From the NCBI GenBank assembly GCA_038212075.1, contig JBBQUV010000002.1:73343-133222 (forward strand): a stretch of 59,880 bases of DNA, in the 5' to 3' direction. Both the position numbers and the translations under genes were made by a program. Positions 1 to 7,642 of the stretch are shown piece after piece (position 1 is the first letter of the stretch; each line of letters begins with the position of its first letter). The notes below the pieces were generated by a model, which was given only the letters and a program-made list of their open reading frames with translations, did not search any database and was not told the origin of the DNA. The DNA is from Minisyncoccia bacterium. Lineage in GTDB: Bacteria > Patescibacteriota > Minisyncoccia > Phycocordibacterales > Phycocordibacteraceae.

Positions 1-753
1 TCGGGTACGGGCGTCATTATTGACTCGCGTGGACTTATTCTTACCGTCGCCCACGTCGGTGAATATTTTCTGCTTGCAGATGGAACAAGGAGCGCGCCCG
101 TAACGTGTGTGATTCGCAAAGGTTCACCCGCAACCGATGCCTACGACGCAAAACTCGTGTATCTTTCTCCGTCATGGCTTTCCGCAAACGCAAACACTCT
201 TATTGAAACGGCCCCAAAGGGTACCGGAGAAAACGATTTCGCTGTTCTCGCTATTACAGGGAGTCATACCGACACGCCACTGCCTACGTCTTTCCCTTCT
301 ATCTCGCTTGGCACTGATGTGCCGAAGGTTGGTGAGCGTGTTGTTATCGGTGCTTACGCCGCGCAATATCTTGGTAGTACAGATGTAAAAACGAGTTTGT
401 ACCCAACACTAGTGTTTGACCCTATTACGAATCGCTATACGTTTAGTACTACTACGATTGATTTGATTTCAATAAAAGGCACGGCCGCCGCTCAAGAAGG
501 TTCGTCTGGTGGCGCGCTTGTTGATGAGCACAATCAAATTGTTGGGCTTATTGCGACAAGCAAAGTCGCAGGTGCCCTTTCCGATCACGTGCTTAATGCC
601 ATTTCATCTCGTCACATTCGCACGAGTTTTATGAACGATATGCGCCAAGGTTTTGATTCTTATTTTGCATCGCGTGATATTCCAACACTAATTGATGCGT
701 TTTCGGCTGAAGCAAGTACGTTACGCGCTATTTTGAGTCATGCGCTCTACTAA
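1..753 (+). CDS. trypsin-like (S1 family) serine protease, 5' end cut by window edge
   Basis: Frame 1 is open from nt 1 and in frame with ORF 109..753. Translation has SGTGVIIDSRGLILTVAHV (catalytic His context) and AAQEGSSGGALVD (GxSGG Ser motif). A hairpin plus T-run follows the stop. Confidence 0.7.
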   Translation, partial: SGTGVIIDSRGLILTVAHVGEYFLLADGTRSAPVTCVIRKGSPATDAYDAKLVYLSPSWLSANANTLIETAPKGTGENDFAVLAITGSHTDTPLPTSFPSISLGTDVPKVGERVVIGAYAAQYLGSTDVKTSLYPTLVFDPITNRYTFSTTTIDLISIKGTAAAQEGSSGGALVDEHNQIVGLIATSKVAGALSDHVLNAISSRHIRTSFMNDMRQGFDSYFASRDIPTLIDAFSAEASTLRAILSHALY

Positions 754-796
754 AGCGGAGAGTAATGAAACACGCTCCTAAGGGGCGTTTTTCATT

Positions 797-826
797 TAGT
801 CGGGGTGCGGAGAATCGGACTTCGTC
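797..826 (-). repeat. degenerate copy of a tRNA 3' end (T arm, acceptor 3' strand, A, CTA), 47 nt downstream of tRNA-Pro
   Basis: tagtcggggtgcggagaatcggacttcgtc aligns ungapped with the tRNA-Pro 3' end tggtcggggcgccgggaatcgaacccggtc (874..903) at 22/30. No matching 5' half is present. Confidence 0.5.
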
Positions 827-873
827 ATTTTTCCTACGGACTTACGGCTGTTGCTACGAGCCGATAAACTTTT

Positions 874-947
874 TGGTCGGGGCGCCGGGAATCGAACCCG
901 GTCATCTTGCTCCCAAAGCAAGCGTACTACCGGTATACGACGCCCCG
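874..947 (-). tRNA. tRNA-Pro (anticodon UGG), CCA encoded
   Basis: Hand-folded cloverleaf: acceptor CGGGGCG/CGCCCCG, D stem GTAT/GTAC, anticodon stem CTTGC/GCAAG with loop TTTGGGA, T arm CCGGG-TTCGATT-CCCGG, then A-CCA. 74 nt. Confidence 0.9.
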
Positions 948-1041
948 ACCAAAAAATTCATCCCACAGAAAGCGCACTACATAAACCACACTCTGATTTT
1001 CGATGCGCGGCAGAGCCGCGCAATTCAGCTATCCTACCACT

Positions 1042-1437
1042 TCATACGATTTGTGCTAAATACACCACGTGTGCCATCCCGTCACGGGTTCGTAACCACA
1101 CAAGGCACCCATCCACCTGCCAGTCCCCTTCCCACTCATGTTCGGCCACATACCACTCAGCAGTGCGAGCAACCTTTCGGATTTTCATCTCATGTAAGTT
1201 TGCTGATGGATCGTATTCATCACGCACTTGACTCGGGCCAGGGAATTCTTGGCAAAGAATCGATTTTACTTCTACAAAATGAAGGGTGTCGTCTTTGCGT
1301 GCAATAACATCAATCTCTCCGGTTTTTCGCGCCACATTCTTGGCAATAATCTCAAAGCCGCGCTTAACAAGATAGTGCGCAGAAACCTGCTCGCCGAGCG
1401 CGCCAATCTCCTTTCTTGATTTTAGAGACAAATCCAC
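1042..1437 (-). CDS. YraN-family (UPF0102) endonuclease-like protein
   Basis: 131-aa ORF. GEQVSAHYLVKRGFEIIAKN...GEIDVIARKDDTLHFVEVK matches the YraN/UPF0102 pattern. Confidence 0.75.
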   Translation of the reverse strand: MDLSLKSRKEIGALGEQVSAHYLVKRGFEIIAKNVARKTGEIDVIARKDDTLHFVEVKSILCQEFPGPSQVRDEYDPSANLHEMKIRKVARTAEWYVAEHEWEGDWQVDGCLVWLRTRDGMAHVVYLAQIV

Positions 1438-1563
1438 GACTTTTTAAAATATGGCTTATTTACAATGTTTTGGAAAGACTTCTCATGTATTCTTCATAAA
1501 AGTGCTGTCCTTTATCCCCAGTGTACACACCTTTATCCACTTTTGTGTGGAAATGCACAGAAA

Positions 1564-1594
1564 GCAAAAACGAGCCGTTGCGGCTCGTTTTTGC
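1564..1594 (-). terminator. intrinsic terminator closing the minus-strand tRNA-Arg / tRNA-Gly / element A unit (bidirectional shape)
   Basis: gcaaaaacgagccg-ttgc-ggctcgtttttgc: perfect stem flanked by A- and T-runs. Confidence 0.6.
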
Positions 1595-1608
1595 TAACCA
1601 AAGTAGCT

Positions 1609-1773
1609 GTGCGGCTAAGGAGAACCTCGATTACGATTTCGGTCACGGATAACGCCTATGCCGCCGCTTAGGCATTTCCGCGACCCCGGCTCGCCGTTTT
1701 GGCTTACTAGCCAAAACATGCTCTGCCTTCCGATTCTCCACAGACGCCAGCAGATGGCGTCCTTTAGCCGCAC
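1609..1773 (-). ncRNA. unclassified structured element A (tRNA-Gly 3'-end mimic; candidate ncRNA or miniature mobile-element relic)
   Basis: About 13-bp closing helix (gtgcggctaagga / tcctttagccgcac). 1609..1624 is identical to the tRNA-Gly 3' end at 1796..1811. 1729..1739 tccgattctcc is an inverted exact copy of the tRNA-Gly T loop plus T stem. Internal hairpins lie at 1743..1761 and 1697..1718. It sits between tRNA-Gly and a terminator. Strand and RNA status are unproven. Confidence 0.45.
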
Positions 1774-1796
1774 AAAATCTCACGTTATTCGTTTTG

Positions 1797-1867
1797 TGCG
1801 GCTAAGGAGAATCGGACTCCTATCTCATCCTTGGCAAGGACGTGTTCTACCATTGAACCATAGCCGC
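1797..1867 (-). tRNA. tRNA-Gly (anticodon GCC), no encoded CCA
   Basis: Cloverleaf: GCGGCTA/TAGCCGC acceptor, D stem GTTC/GAAC, anticodon loop TTGCCAA, T arm AGGAG-TCCGATT-CTCCT, discriminator A. 71 nt. Confidence 0.9.
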
Positions 1868-1920
1868 TTCCTGAACATACTCGCACACCTTTCGCACCTG
1901 TTCAATGTCTTTCTCTCTAA

Positions 1921-1995
1921 TGGTGCCCCGGCCAGGACTCGAACCCGGAACAGCTGATCCGAAGTCAGCCGTGATATCCATTTCACCACCGGGGC
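1921..1995 (-). tRNA. tRNA-Arg (anticodon UCG), CCA encoded
   Basis: Cloverleaf: GCCCCGG/CCGGGGC acceptor, anticodon stem GCTGA/TCAGC with loop CTTCGGA, T arm CCGGG-TTCGAGT-CCTGG, A-CCA. 75 nt. Confidence 0.9.
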
Positions 1996-2055
1996 GTATC
2001 CAAATACTACGCGGTAGCTAGGAAAAAGACCATACGGGTATTACTATTTTAGGCA

Positions 2056-3519
2056 ATGCACTTCCCTATCCCCCCTGAAGTATCAAAAGTTGCGGAAGGA
2101 CTTCGCTCCAACGGCTTTGAAGCCTATCTTGTAGGCGGCTGTGTTCGCGATCTTTTGCTCAATCGAAAACCGAAAGATTGGGATGTCACCACAAATGCAA
2201 AACCTGAAGATATTCAAAGAGTCTTTCCTGATTCTTTCTACGAGAACGAGTTTGGCACTGTAGGGGTTAAAACAGACTCAGGAGACGAGACTACAGCAAT
2301 TGTTGAAGTAACCCCCTACCGTACTGAATCTACGTACTCTGATAAGCGTAGACCCGATGCTGTTGCGTTTGGAGATTCTCTTGAAGCCGACCTTGCCCGT
2401 AGAGACTTCACCATCAATGCTCTTGCCCTTGATGAATCTAAAGGACAAATCATTGACCCTTATAAAGGACAAAAGGACATAGAAGCGAAGGTTGTTCGAG
2501 CTGTCGGTGACCCATGTGTCCGTTTTGAAGAGGACGCCCTTCGTCTTATGCGCGCAATACGCCTTGTGGCAGAGCTTGAGTTTGCGCTTGATGCTGAAAC
2601 TGCGGCCGCAATACAGGAAAAAAGCTCAAACCTAAGGCATATTTCAAAGGAACGTATTCGCGATGAATTGGTACGCATTTTGAACTCTAGCCAGCCAATG
2701 ATGGCGCTTACGCTCGCCCAACAGCTTGGCGTCCTAGAATTTGTCGCTCATGACCTTGTGCGTGGTATCGGCATTGAACAAAATCAAGCCCATAGCTACG
2801 ACGTTTTTGGGCATTTAATGCGCAGTATGCAACACGCCGCGGATAAAGACTGGGACTTTACACTCCGCCTTTCTGCCCTATTCCATGATGTAGCTAAGCC
2901 AGAAACTCGTCGCTGGTCGGACGAAAAGAAAGAATGGACCTTCCATGGCCACGAAGTTGTGGGTTCACGTGTAACTCGTAAGGCGTTAGAAGAACTGAAG
3001 TTTTCACGTGAAATTATAGATAAAGTTGTGAAACTAGTTAGGTGGCACATGTTCTTCTCCGACCCAGACCAAATCACTCTTTCAGCGGTACGGCGCATGA
3101 TTACAAACGTTGGTGAGGAGAATATCTGGGATCTTTTGAATTTACGTATATGCGACCGCATTGGAACAGGCCGACCAAAGGAACAACCCTTCAGATTTAG
3201 GAAATACAAAGCCATGGTAGAGCAGGCACTTCGGGATCCTATTTCAGTGGGAATGCTTAAAACAGACGGGAATAGACTTATGGAGCGTTTTCACGTGCAA
3301 ACGGGCCCACGTATAGGATGGACACTCAATGCTCTACTTGAAGAGGTTTTAGAGGATTCTGAAAGGAATACCGAGGATTACTTAGACGAAAGGACAAAAG
3401 CGCTTTTAGCGCTCAATGATCCTGACTTAATGGCTCTTGGGGAATCAGGCAAGAAAAGAAGGGAAGAAGAGGAAGAGGCGGCAATCAAGGGCATAATGGA
3501 CAAACATCACGTTTGCTAG
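2056..3519 (+). CDS. cca: CCA-adding tRNA nucleotidyltransferase with HD domain
   Basis: 487 aa. N-terminal GGCVRDLLLNRKPKDWDVTT (pol-beta nucleotidyltransferase head), RRDFTINALA, then HD-domain FHDVAKP...HGHEVVG. Confidence 0.85.
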   Translation: MHFPIPPEVSKVAEGLRSNGFEAYLVGGCVRDLLLNRKPKDWDVTTNAKPEDIQRVFPDSFYENEFGTVGVKTDSGDETTAIVEVTPYRTESTYSDKRRPDAVAFGDSLEADLARRDFTINALALDESKGQIIDPYKGQKDIEAKVVRAVGDPCVRFEEDALRLMRAIRLVAELEFALDAETAAAIQEKSSNLRHISKERIRDELVRILNSSQPMMALTLAQQLGVLEFVAHDLVRGIGIEQNQAHSYDVFGHLMRSMQHAADKDWDFTLRLSALFHDVAKPETRRWSDEKKEWTFHGHEVVGSRVTRKALEELKFSREIIDKVVKLVRWHMFFSDPDQITLSAVRRMITNVGEENIWDLLNLRICDRIGTGRPKEQPFRFRKYKAMVEQALRDPISVGMLKTDGNRLMERFHVQTGPRIGWTLNALLEEVLEDSERNTEDYLDERTKALLALNDPDLMALGESGKKRREEEEEAAIKGIMDKHHVC

Positions 3520-3568
3520 TTTTCACGTGTAACGTCTCACGCGAAACATTTCGTAGGATAGATAACAA

Positions 3569-3668
3569 AAAACCGCCTGTAGACATTTTTTTGTAGAGAC
3601 TCGGGGAAGGAGCAGGGGGCAAAAGTAGTGAGTCTCCACGAGATGTAAGTCTGGTGGCGGTTTTTATT
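3569..3668. other. expanded terminator-like hairpin: aaaaaaccgcc ... ggcggttttt enclosing about 77 nt with an inner 7-bp stem
   Basis: Outer arms aaccgcc (3571..3577) and ggcggtt (3655..3661) flanked by A/T runs. Inner stem gagactc (3597..3603) / gagtctc (3631..3637). Lies in the 415-bp gap between convergent cca and xth. Confidence 0.35.
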
Positions 3669-3934
3669 TTTTTTATTCGCGCTGTGTATCGGCACCAAGC
3701 AGAATCCAATATTTTGGGTGCTATTTGGTACCGACAACCCGTTAGATGGCAAAACCACTTATATATGCGGGGATACGCCCCGAATCGTTGTTTTTGCCTT
3801 TTTACGTTTCTGCGCGCTGATAGAAAGAACTCGCAAGGTGCAGTAACGCCCAGTCGCCCTCTAGGACATATAATACTCTCAATAAGGTGCCAGTAAAGGA
3901 CACCACTGTGGATAATGTCCTTTATATATGTCTT

Positions 3935-4729
3935 TTAAGACAAGGTAATAGAAACAGGGCAGTGGTCAGACCCCATAACTCCCGGATGGATTTCAGCTTT
4001 CTTTATCTTGGGCATAAGAGATTTGCTTGCGAATATATAATCTATGCGCCATCCAACATTGCGTGCACGGGCATTGCTCCAATTACTCCACCACGTGTAT
4101 TGCTTTGGTTCTTGGTTGAAATGGCGGAAAGTGTCCACAAATCCTGCACTAATAATGTTGTCTATTCCTTCACGTTCTTCCTTGGTATACCCGTGCCCTC
4201 CTTCGTTTGCTTTTGGATTTTCAAGGTCTATAGGTTGATGGGCAACATTTAAATCACCACAGAAAATAACGGGCTTCTCTTCTTCAAGACGCTTCATATA
4301 AGCGAGGAAAGCAGGGTCCCACTGCTTATGCCGAAGCGAGAGGCGAGAGAGATCGTCTTTGGCGTTTGGGGTGTACACGCTTGTTACGTAAAAAGGTCCA
4401 ACATCCACTGTCGTGACCCTTCCTTCATCGCTCGGGTCTCCGTACTCATCGCCACTTAGCTTATATTTCTTCACAATGTCTGCTGGCATGCCAAAAAGGG
4501 CATTTTCCGGTGTACGTTTTGTAAAAACGGCGGTGCCGCTATAACCCTTCTTCTTCGCGGAACTCCAAAATTCTTCGTAGTCAGGTAAATCAAGAGGGGA
4601 CTGCTTTTGTTCCGCCTTTGTTTCTTGAAGGCAGAGCACGTCAGGTTTGAATTCTTTCAAATACGGTACAAAAACCCCTTTTCGATGTACCGCCCGTATA
4701 CCATTAACGTTCCAGGATGCAATTCTCAT
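3935..4729 (-). CDS. xth: exodeoxyribonuclease III (AP endonuclease)
   Basis: 264 aa. MRIASWNVNGIRA...LCLQETK...SDHCPV matches the ExoIII/EEP family. Confidence 0.9.
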   Translation of the reverse strand: MRIASWNVNGIRAVHRKGVFVPYLKEFKPDVLCLQETKAEQKQSPLDLPDYEEFWSSAKKKGYSGTAVFTKRTPENALFGMPADIVKKYKLSGDEYGDPSDEGRVTTVDVGPFYVTSVYTPNAKDDLSRLSLRHKQWDPAFLAYMKRLEEEKPVIFCGDLNVAHQPIDLENPKANEGGHGYTKEEREGIDNIISAGFVDTFRHFNQEPKQYTWWSNWSNARARNVGWRIDYIFASKSLMPKIKKAEIHPGVMGSDHCPVSITLS

Positions 4730-4746
4730 ATCTGCATTCTACCGCA

Positions 4747-5517
4747 CTAGGGTTTCGAGAGTTTCCAAAGCGCTTCAAAGAATTCACGATACCCATCTGC
4801 CATGGCTTTGTTTGTAATGGTGAAAGAAAGGATCGGGTCGCCGAACATATTGAAGGTAATGTTGTCGGTCCAAATGTCGGTATCAACAAGTCCGGTCGAG
4901 ACTCCGCCGGGAAGGATGCGGTATTCCCAGAGCTTGCGCCACCCCTGCATCTTTGCGAGCTCTTCTCTTTGTGGTTCCATGCCGATGTATCGCACATTAA
5001 GGCCTTTCTTAATACGTTCCTTCTCAAATTCTTCTGATTCTGTCCCAAAAGTAAACAGATATTTCTCGCTTGGCCCACAAATAGCATCTACCGTCGAGTT
5101 TTCAGCTACTTGTTCAAGTAGGTCGTATTGGTGAGCCATGAAAGCGTTTTCCCCCTGGAATACTTCAAAGTTCTGTTCATGCTGGCCGCTGTAGCGCACT
5201 TGGAGTTGCTTCGCTATCGCCTGCGCCGCTAGGCGTTTCTCCTCGACAATAGATAAGAGACGCATTGGAGGATTGGCACTGAACTTCTTCCGGCCGTTCT
5301 GAATAACATGCTTTGCGAGCCCTAATTTCTCTAGGCGCTCTAGGGCGTCATATACAAACTGACCATGGAGGCCTGTGGCATGGATAATTTTTGAGCTGCC
5401 GACGTCGTGGCGGGGGAGAAGGGCGAGATATACCAAGGATTCTTTTTCAGAAAGTCCTATATCTTTGAGCTTATCTAACAAGTCTTTGTCGGCTATTTCA
5501 TCAAAATTTACTGACAT
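4747..5517 (-). CDS. TrmB-family HTH transcriptional regulator
   Basis: 256 aa. N-terminal LSEKESLVYLALL...GSSKIIHATGLHGQFVYDALERLEKLGLAKHV winged-helix typical of TrmB, with a C-terminal TrmB-like effector region. Confidence 0.65.
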   Translation of the reverse strand: MSVNFDEIADKDLLDKLKDIGLSEKESLVYLALLPRHDVGSSKIIHATGLHGQFVYDALERLEKLGLAKHVIQNGRKKFSANPPMRLLSIVEEKRLAAQAIAKQLQVRYSGQHEQNFEVFQGENAFMAHQYDLLEQVAENSTVDAICGPSEKYLFTFGTESEEFEKERIKKGLNVRYIGMEPQREELAKMQGWRKLWEYRILPGGVSTGLVDTDIWTDNITFNMFGDPILSFTITNKAMADGYREFFEALWKLSKP

Positions 5518-5577
5518 ATATACAAAATACCCTATATTTATATAGCTGTTTTGTCAATATTTCATCATCATAGATAT

Positions 5578-5606
5578 TTGACATTAAGTAATTATTACGC
5601 TATACT
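5578..5606 (+). promoter_or_regulatory. sigma70-type promoter for ORF 5658..6161
   Basis: TTGACA (5578..5583), 17-nt spacer, TATACT (5601..5606). About 50-nt leader with GGGAGGG upstream of the ATG. A TTGACA on the opposite strand (5552..5557) may serve the divergent TrmB gene. Confidence 0.5.
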
Positions 5607-5657
5607 TATCACAGAAATCAAGTTCACTTCAACTAAAGGCCTGGGAGGGCCAAGCTA

Positions 5658-6161
5658 ATGAAGCTCACAGGATTCCTCGACTTTCAGTCTCCTCTCCTTA
5701 GCGATGAGGAATGGATGCTTCGCGCCAAGAAGGTGGCGGGCAATGAAGGTGGCCAGCGTATGGTCCCTGCAATGTTCCAGACCGTGAAAGAAGTAATAGA
5801 AGAAGCTCGTAAGGGAAGGGTTATGGAGATTCCGGTGTGGGAAGAGGGGAAGCCCTACGACTTCGACACAGCGGAAAAGATGCAGAAACTCAATCTTCTC
5901 GCCATGCACGCCTACGTGACAATCACGCTCACCAAGAAAGCTTGTTGGGAAGGCGGATATCAGTTGCGCGGGTGGGTAAGAAACCCTGGTTTTTCCGGAT
6001 CGCGCGATTGGGATATGCATGTCGATGGGTTTGGACACGGCGCCCTCTTCGAATTTCGCGGAGGTGGGAAGATTGATGGCCTCAAGAGTCTTGTCGACCA
6101 GTATCTCGTGAATAGCTGGGGTCGAAGATTTGAGGACGATCTCTACGTCGTCTGGGTATGA
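5658..6161 (+). CDS. hypothetical protein (167 aa)
   Basis: Has its own promoter, SD GGGAGGG and a downstream terminator at 6272..6304. Preferred over the antisense ORF 5655..6233, whose composition is H/C/R/L-rich. Confidence 0.55.
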   Translation: MKLTGFLDFQSPLLSDEEWMLRAKKVAGNEGGQRMVPAMFQTVKEVIEEARKGRVMEIPVWEEGKPYDFDTAEKMQKLNLLAMHAYVTITLTKKACWEGGYQLRGWVRNPGFSGSRDWDMHVDGFGHGALFEFRGGGKIDGLKSLVDQYLVNSWGRRFEDDLYVVWV

Positions 6162-6271
6162 ACGGAGTGGGGTGATATCCCGCTTGGCAACAGAAGGTCC
6201 GAGTACTCGCAAGAGGCAGTAGGACCAAAACAATCACCGTAAGGCAACGCTACGGTATATAAAAGGTCGGC

Positions 6272-6304
6272 AACCACGTCTCACAAACGTGGTTTTCTTT
6301 TTTG
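6272..6304 (+). terminator. intrinsic terminator
   Basis: aaccacgt-ctcacaa-acgtggtt followed by ttcttttttg. Confidence 0.55.
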
Positions 6305-6320
6305 GGCTACAAATACTCAC

Positions 6321-6380
6321 AACCCCTTTTCGATGTACTGCTCGTATACCATTAACGTTCCAGGATGAGATGCGCATATC
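6321..6380 (-). pseudogene. duplicated 5' fragment of xth (start codon plus 19 codons)
   Basis: 54/60 nt identical to 4673..4732. Encodes MRISSWNVNGIRAVHRKGV versus xth MRIASWNVNGIRAVHRKGV, after which homology ends. Confidence 0.65.
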
Positions 6381-6450
6381 GATATACTACCAGTGAGATA
6401 CAGAAAAGGCCTTGGCGTGTGTGCGCCAAGGCCTTTCTTCCGTCCTGCGG

Positions 6451-7341
6451 TCATGCAGACACGGATTGGTCGCGAACGAGTTTGTCGACGCGTCCACGCA
6501 CCGCTTCTTCGGGGGCTCGAACCAGATCGTAGGTCAGGCCGAAAAGGGACAATGTCCAAATCAGCCATTTCCCAGGATCAGGGTCGTACCACCGTCGTCC
6601 AAGTCGATAGTCATGCGGAGCAAGGTGGTGTTCGTGATGGAACGCTTCGCCACCAGTGAGAATGGCCAGAGGTACACTGGTTCTTGCGGAACCAACCGGA
6701 GCGTATCGTCTTGCGCCAAACGTATGGGCTACCGAGTTGATAGACCACGTGAGTTGGTACTGAACGAAAAGACGCAGAAATCCGGCAACCAGAAGCCCGC
6801 CGAGCCAGTCGCCCCATAACCCACAAATAATTGTGGGGAAGACAAAACTTACGGTCACTGCAAGTACCGCGTAGTTTCGCCGTTGCCACGCAAGTGCGGG
6901 GTTTTGCACGAGAGATCGCGCCTCTTTTGTCGTAAGTTCCTTGCGATCGTGCCACATCCACCGGATGTGTGCCCACCAAAAGCCGTGGAGCGCACTGTAC
7001 GGATCGTTTGGACCATCGGAACTGCCATGGTGGCGCCGATGAAGCGCCGCCCACCAGTCCGTGAATCCTTGGAACGCCGCAGGTAGGACTGCCGCAAAAA
7101 CGTACTGTAGCCACATAACCATTTTGAAGGCTTCGTGTGAGTACAGCCGGTGTGCTACGACGGTGATTGCTACCGTGATTACGGAAAATTCCACGAAGGC
7201 TACGCATACGGTCGCCCACGAGAAACGAATCGCAATCATGTACCAGACGGCGACAATGGCGCCAACAAGGACGAAGCTGAACCATCCTACGACGGCCCAG
7301 CGAATCGGCAGGGAAGCTGCCGGGCTTACTGCAGAGGTCAT
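6451..7341 (-). CDS. membrane fatty-acid (acyl-CoA/acyl-lipid delta-9 type) desaturase
   Basis: 296 aa with the three histidine boxes HRLYSH, HRRHH and HHEHH, plus N-terminal TM helices. GC-rich, with long shadow ORFs in other frames. Confidence 0.85.
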   Translation of the reverse strand: MTSAVSPAASLPIRWAVVGWFSFVLVGAIVAVWYMIAIRFSWATVCVAFVEFSVITVAITVVAHRLYSHEAFKMVMWLQYVFAAVLPAAFQGFTDWWAALHRRHHGSSDGPNDPYSALHGFWWAHIRWMWHDRKELTTKEARSLVQNPALAWQRRNYAVLAVTVSFVFPTIICGLWGDWLGGLLVAGFLRLFVQYQLTWSINSVAHTFGARRYAPVGSARTSVPLAILTGGEAFHHEHHLAPHDYRLGRRWYDPDPGKWLIWTLSLFGLTYDLVRAPEEAVRGRVDKLVRDQSVSA

Positions 7342-7642
7342 GGTTTTCTCCCTTCGACCTATGTTTCTGAAGCGAAAATGTGCTCCGAGGCTATGGTAGC
7401 ACCGCTTTGGTAATGAAGAAGCTCCGACGGAAGTCAGAAACTTCCTCGGAGCTTAACGGTGACGTCTGGTTGAATCGCGATGCGACCGATAACATTTCCC
7501 ACAGAGGCAATGTTCCTTGTCGGCAACACTACCTCGACCATTCCACCTTGGGACCACTATGGCCCGACCGCATTCGCAGTAATTGGCCATCGGGAACCCT
7601 TTCTTTGTGCCATTTTGATCCTACCAAACAGATAGTAAAAGT

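Noticed and set aside
799-873. A complete extra tRNA between the protease gene and tRNA-Pro
   Set aside because: Only a T arm plus acceptor 3' strand is present. No complementary 5' acceptor strand, D arm or valid anticodon arm could be folded.
765-1307. ORFs 765..1307 and 851..1231 (+), and other ORFs across 1465..1957
   Set aside because: They overlap tRNA genes, the YraN gene on the other strand, or element A. Their composition is not protein-like and they lack start signals.
1603-1614. 12-nt repeat gtagctgtgcgg shared with 15318..15329
   Set aside because: Matches of this length are expected many times by chance in a window of this size.
1609-1773. SRP (4.5S) RNA assignment for element A, prompted by TCGGAAGGCAGAGCA resembling the CCGGAAGGAAGCAGC apex
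   Set aside because: The sequence flanking the GGAA does not form the conserved apical stem or symmetric loop, and the molecule is multi-branched rather than a single long hairpin. tRNA with intron, RNase P RNA and 6S RNA also did not fit by eye.
3608-3622. 15-nt identity agcagggggcaaaag shared with 53911..53925, considered as a possible common riboswitch or regulatory motif
   Set aside because: Flanking sequence and predicted structure do not align. A few 15-nt matches are expected by chance in 60 kb when both strands are searched.
5655-6233. Minus-strand ORF (192 aa) as the real gene instead of 5658..6161 (+)
   Set aside because: The plus-strand frame has a consensus promoter, an SD and a terminator. 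The minus-frame product is H/C/R/L-rich and lacks signals.
6317-7413. Multiple long ORFs overlapping the desaturase (6611..7285 -, 6412..6819 +, 7061..7399 +, etc.)
   Set aside because: They are shadow ORFs typical of GC-rich DNA. Only the 6451..7341 frame has the three His boxes.
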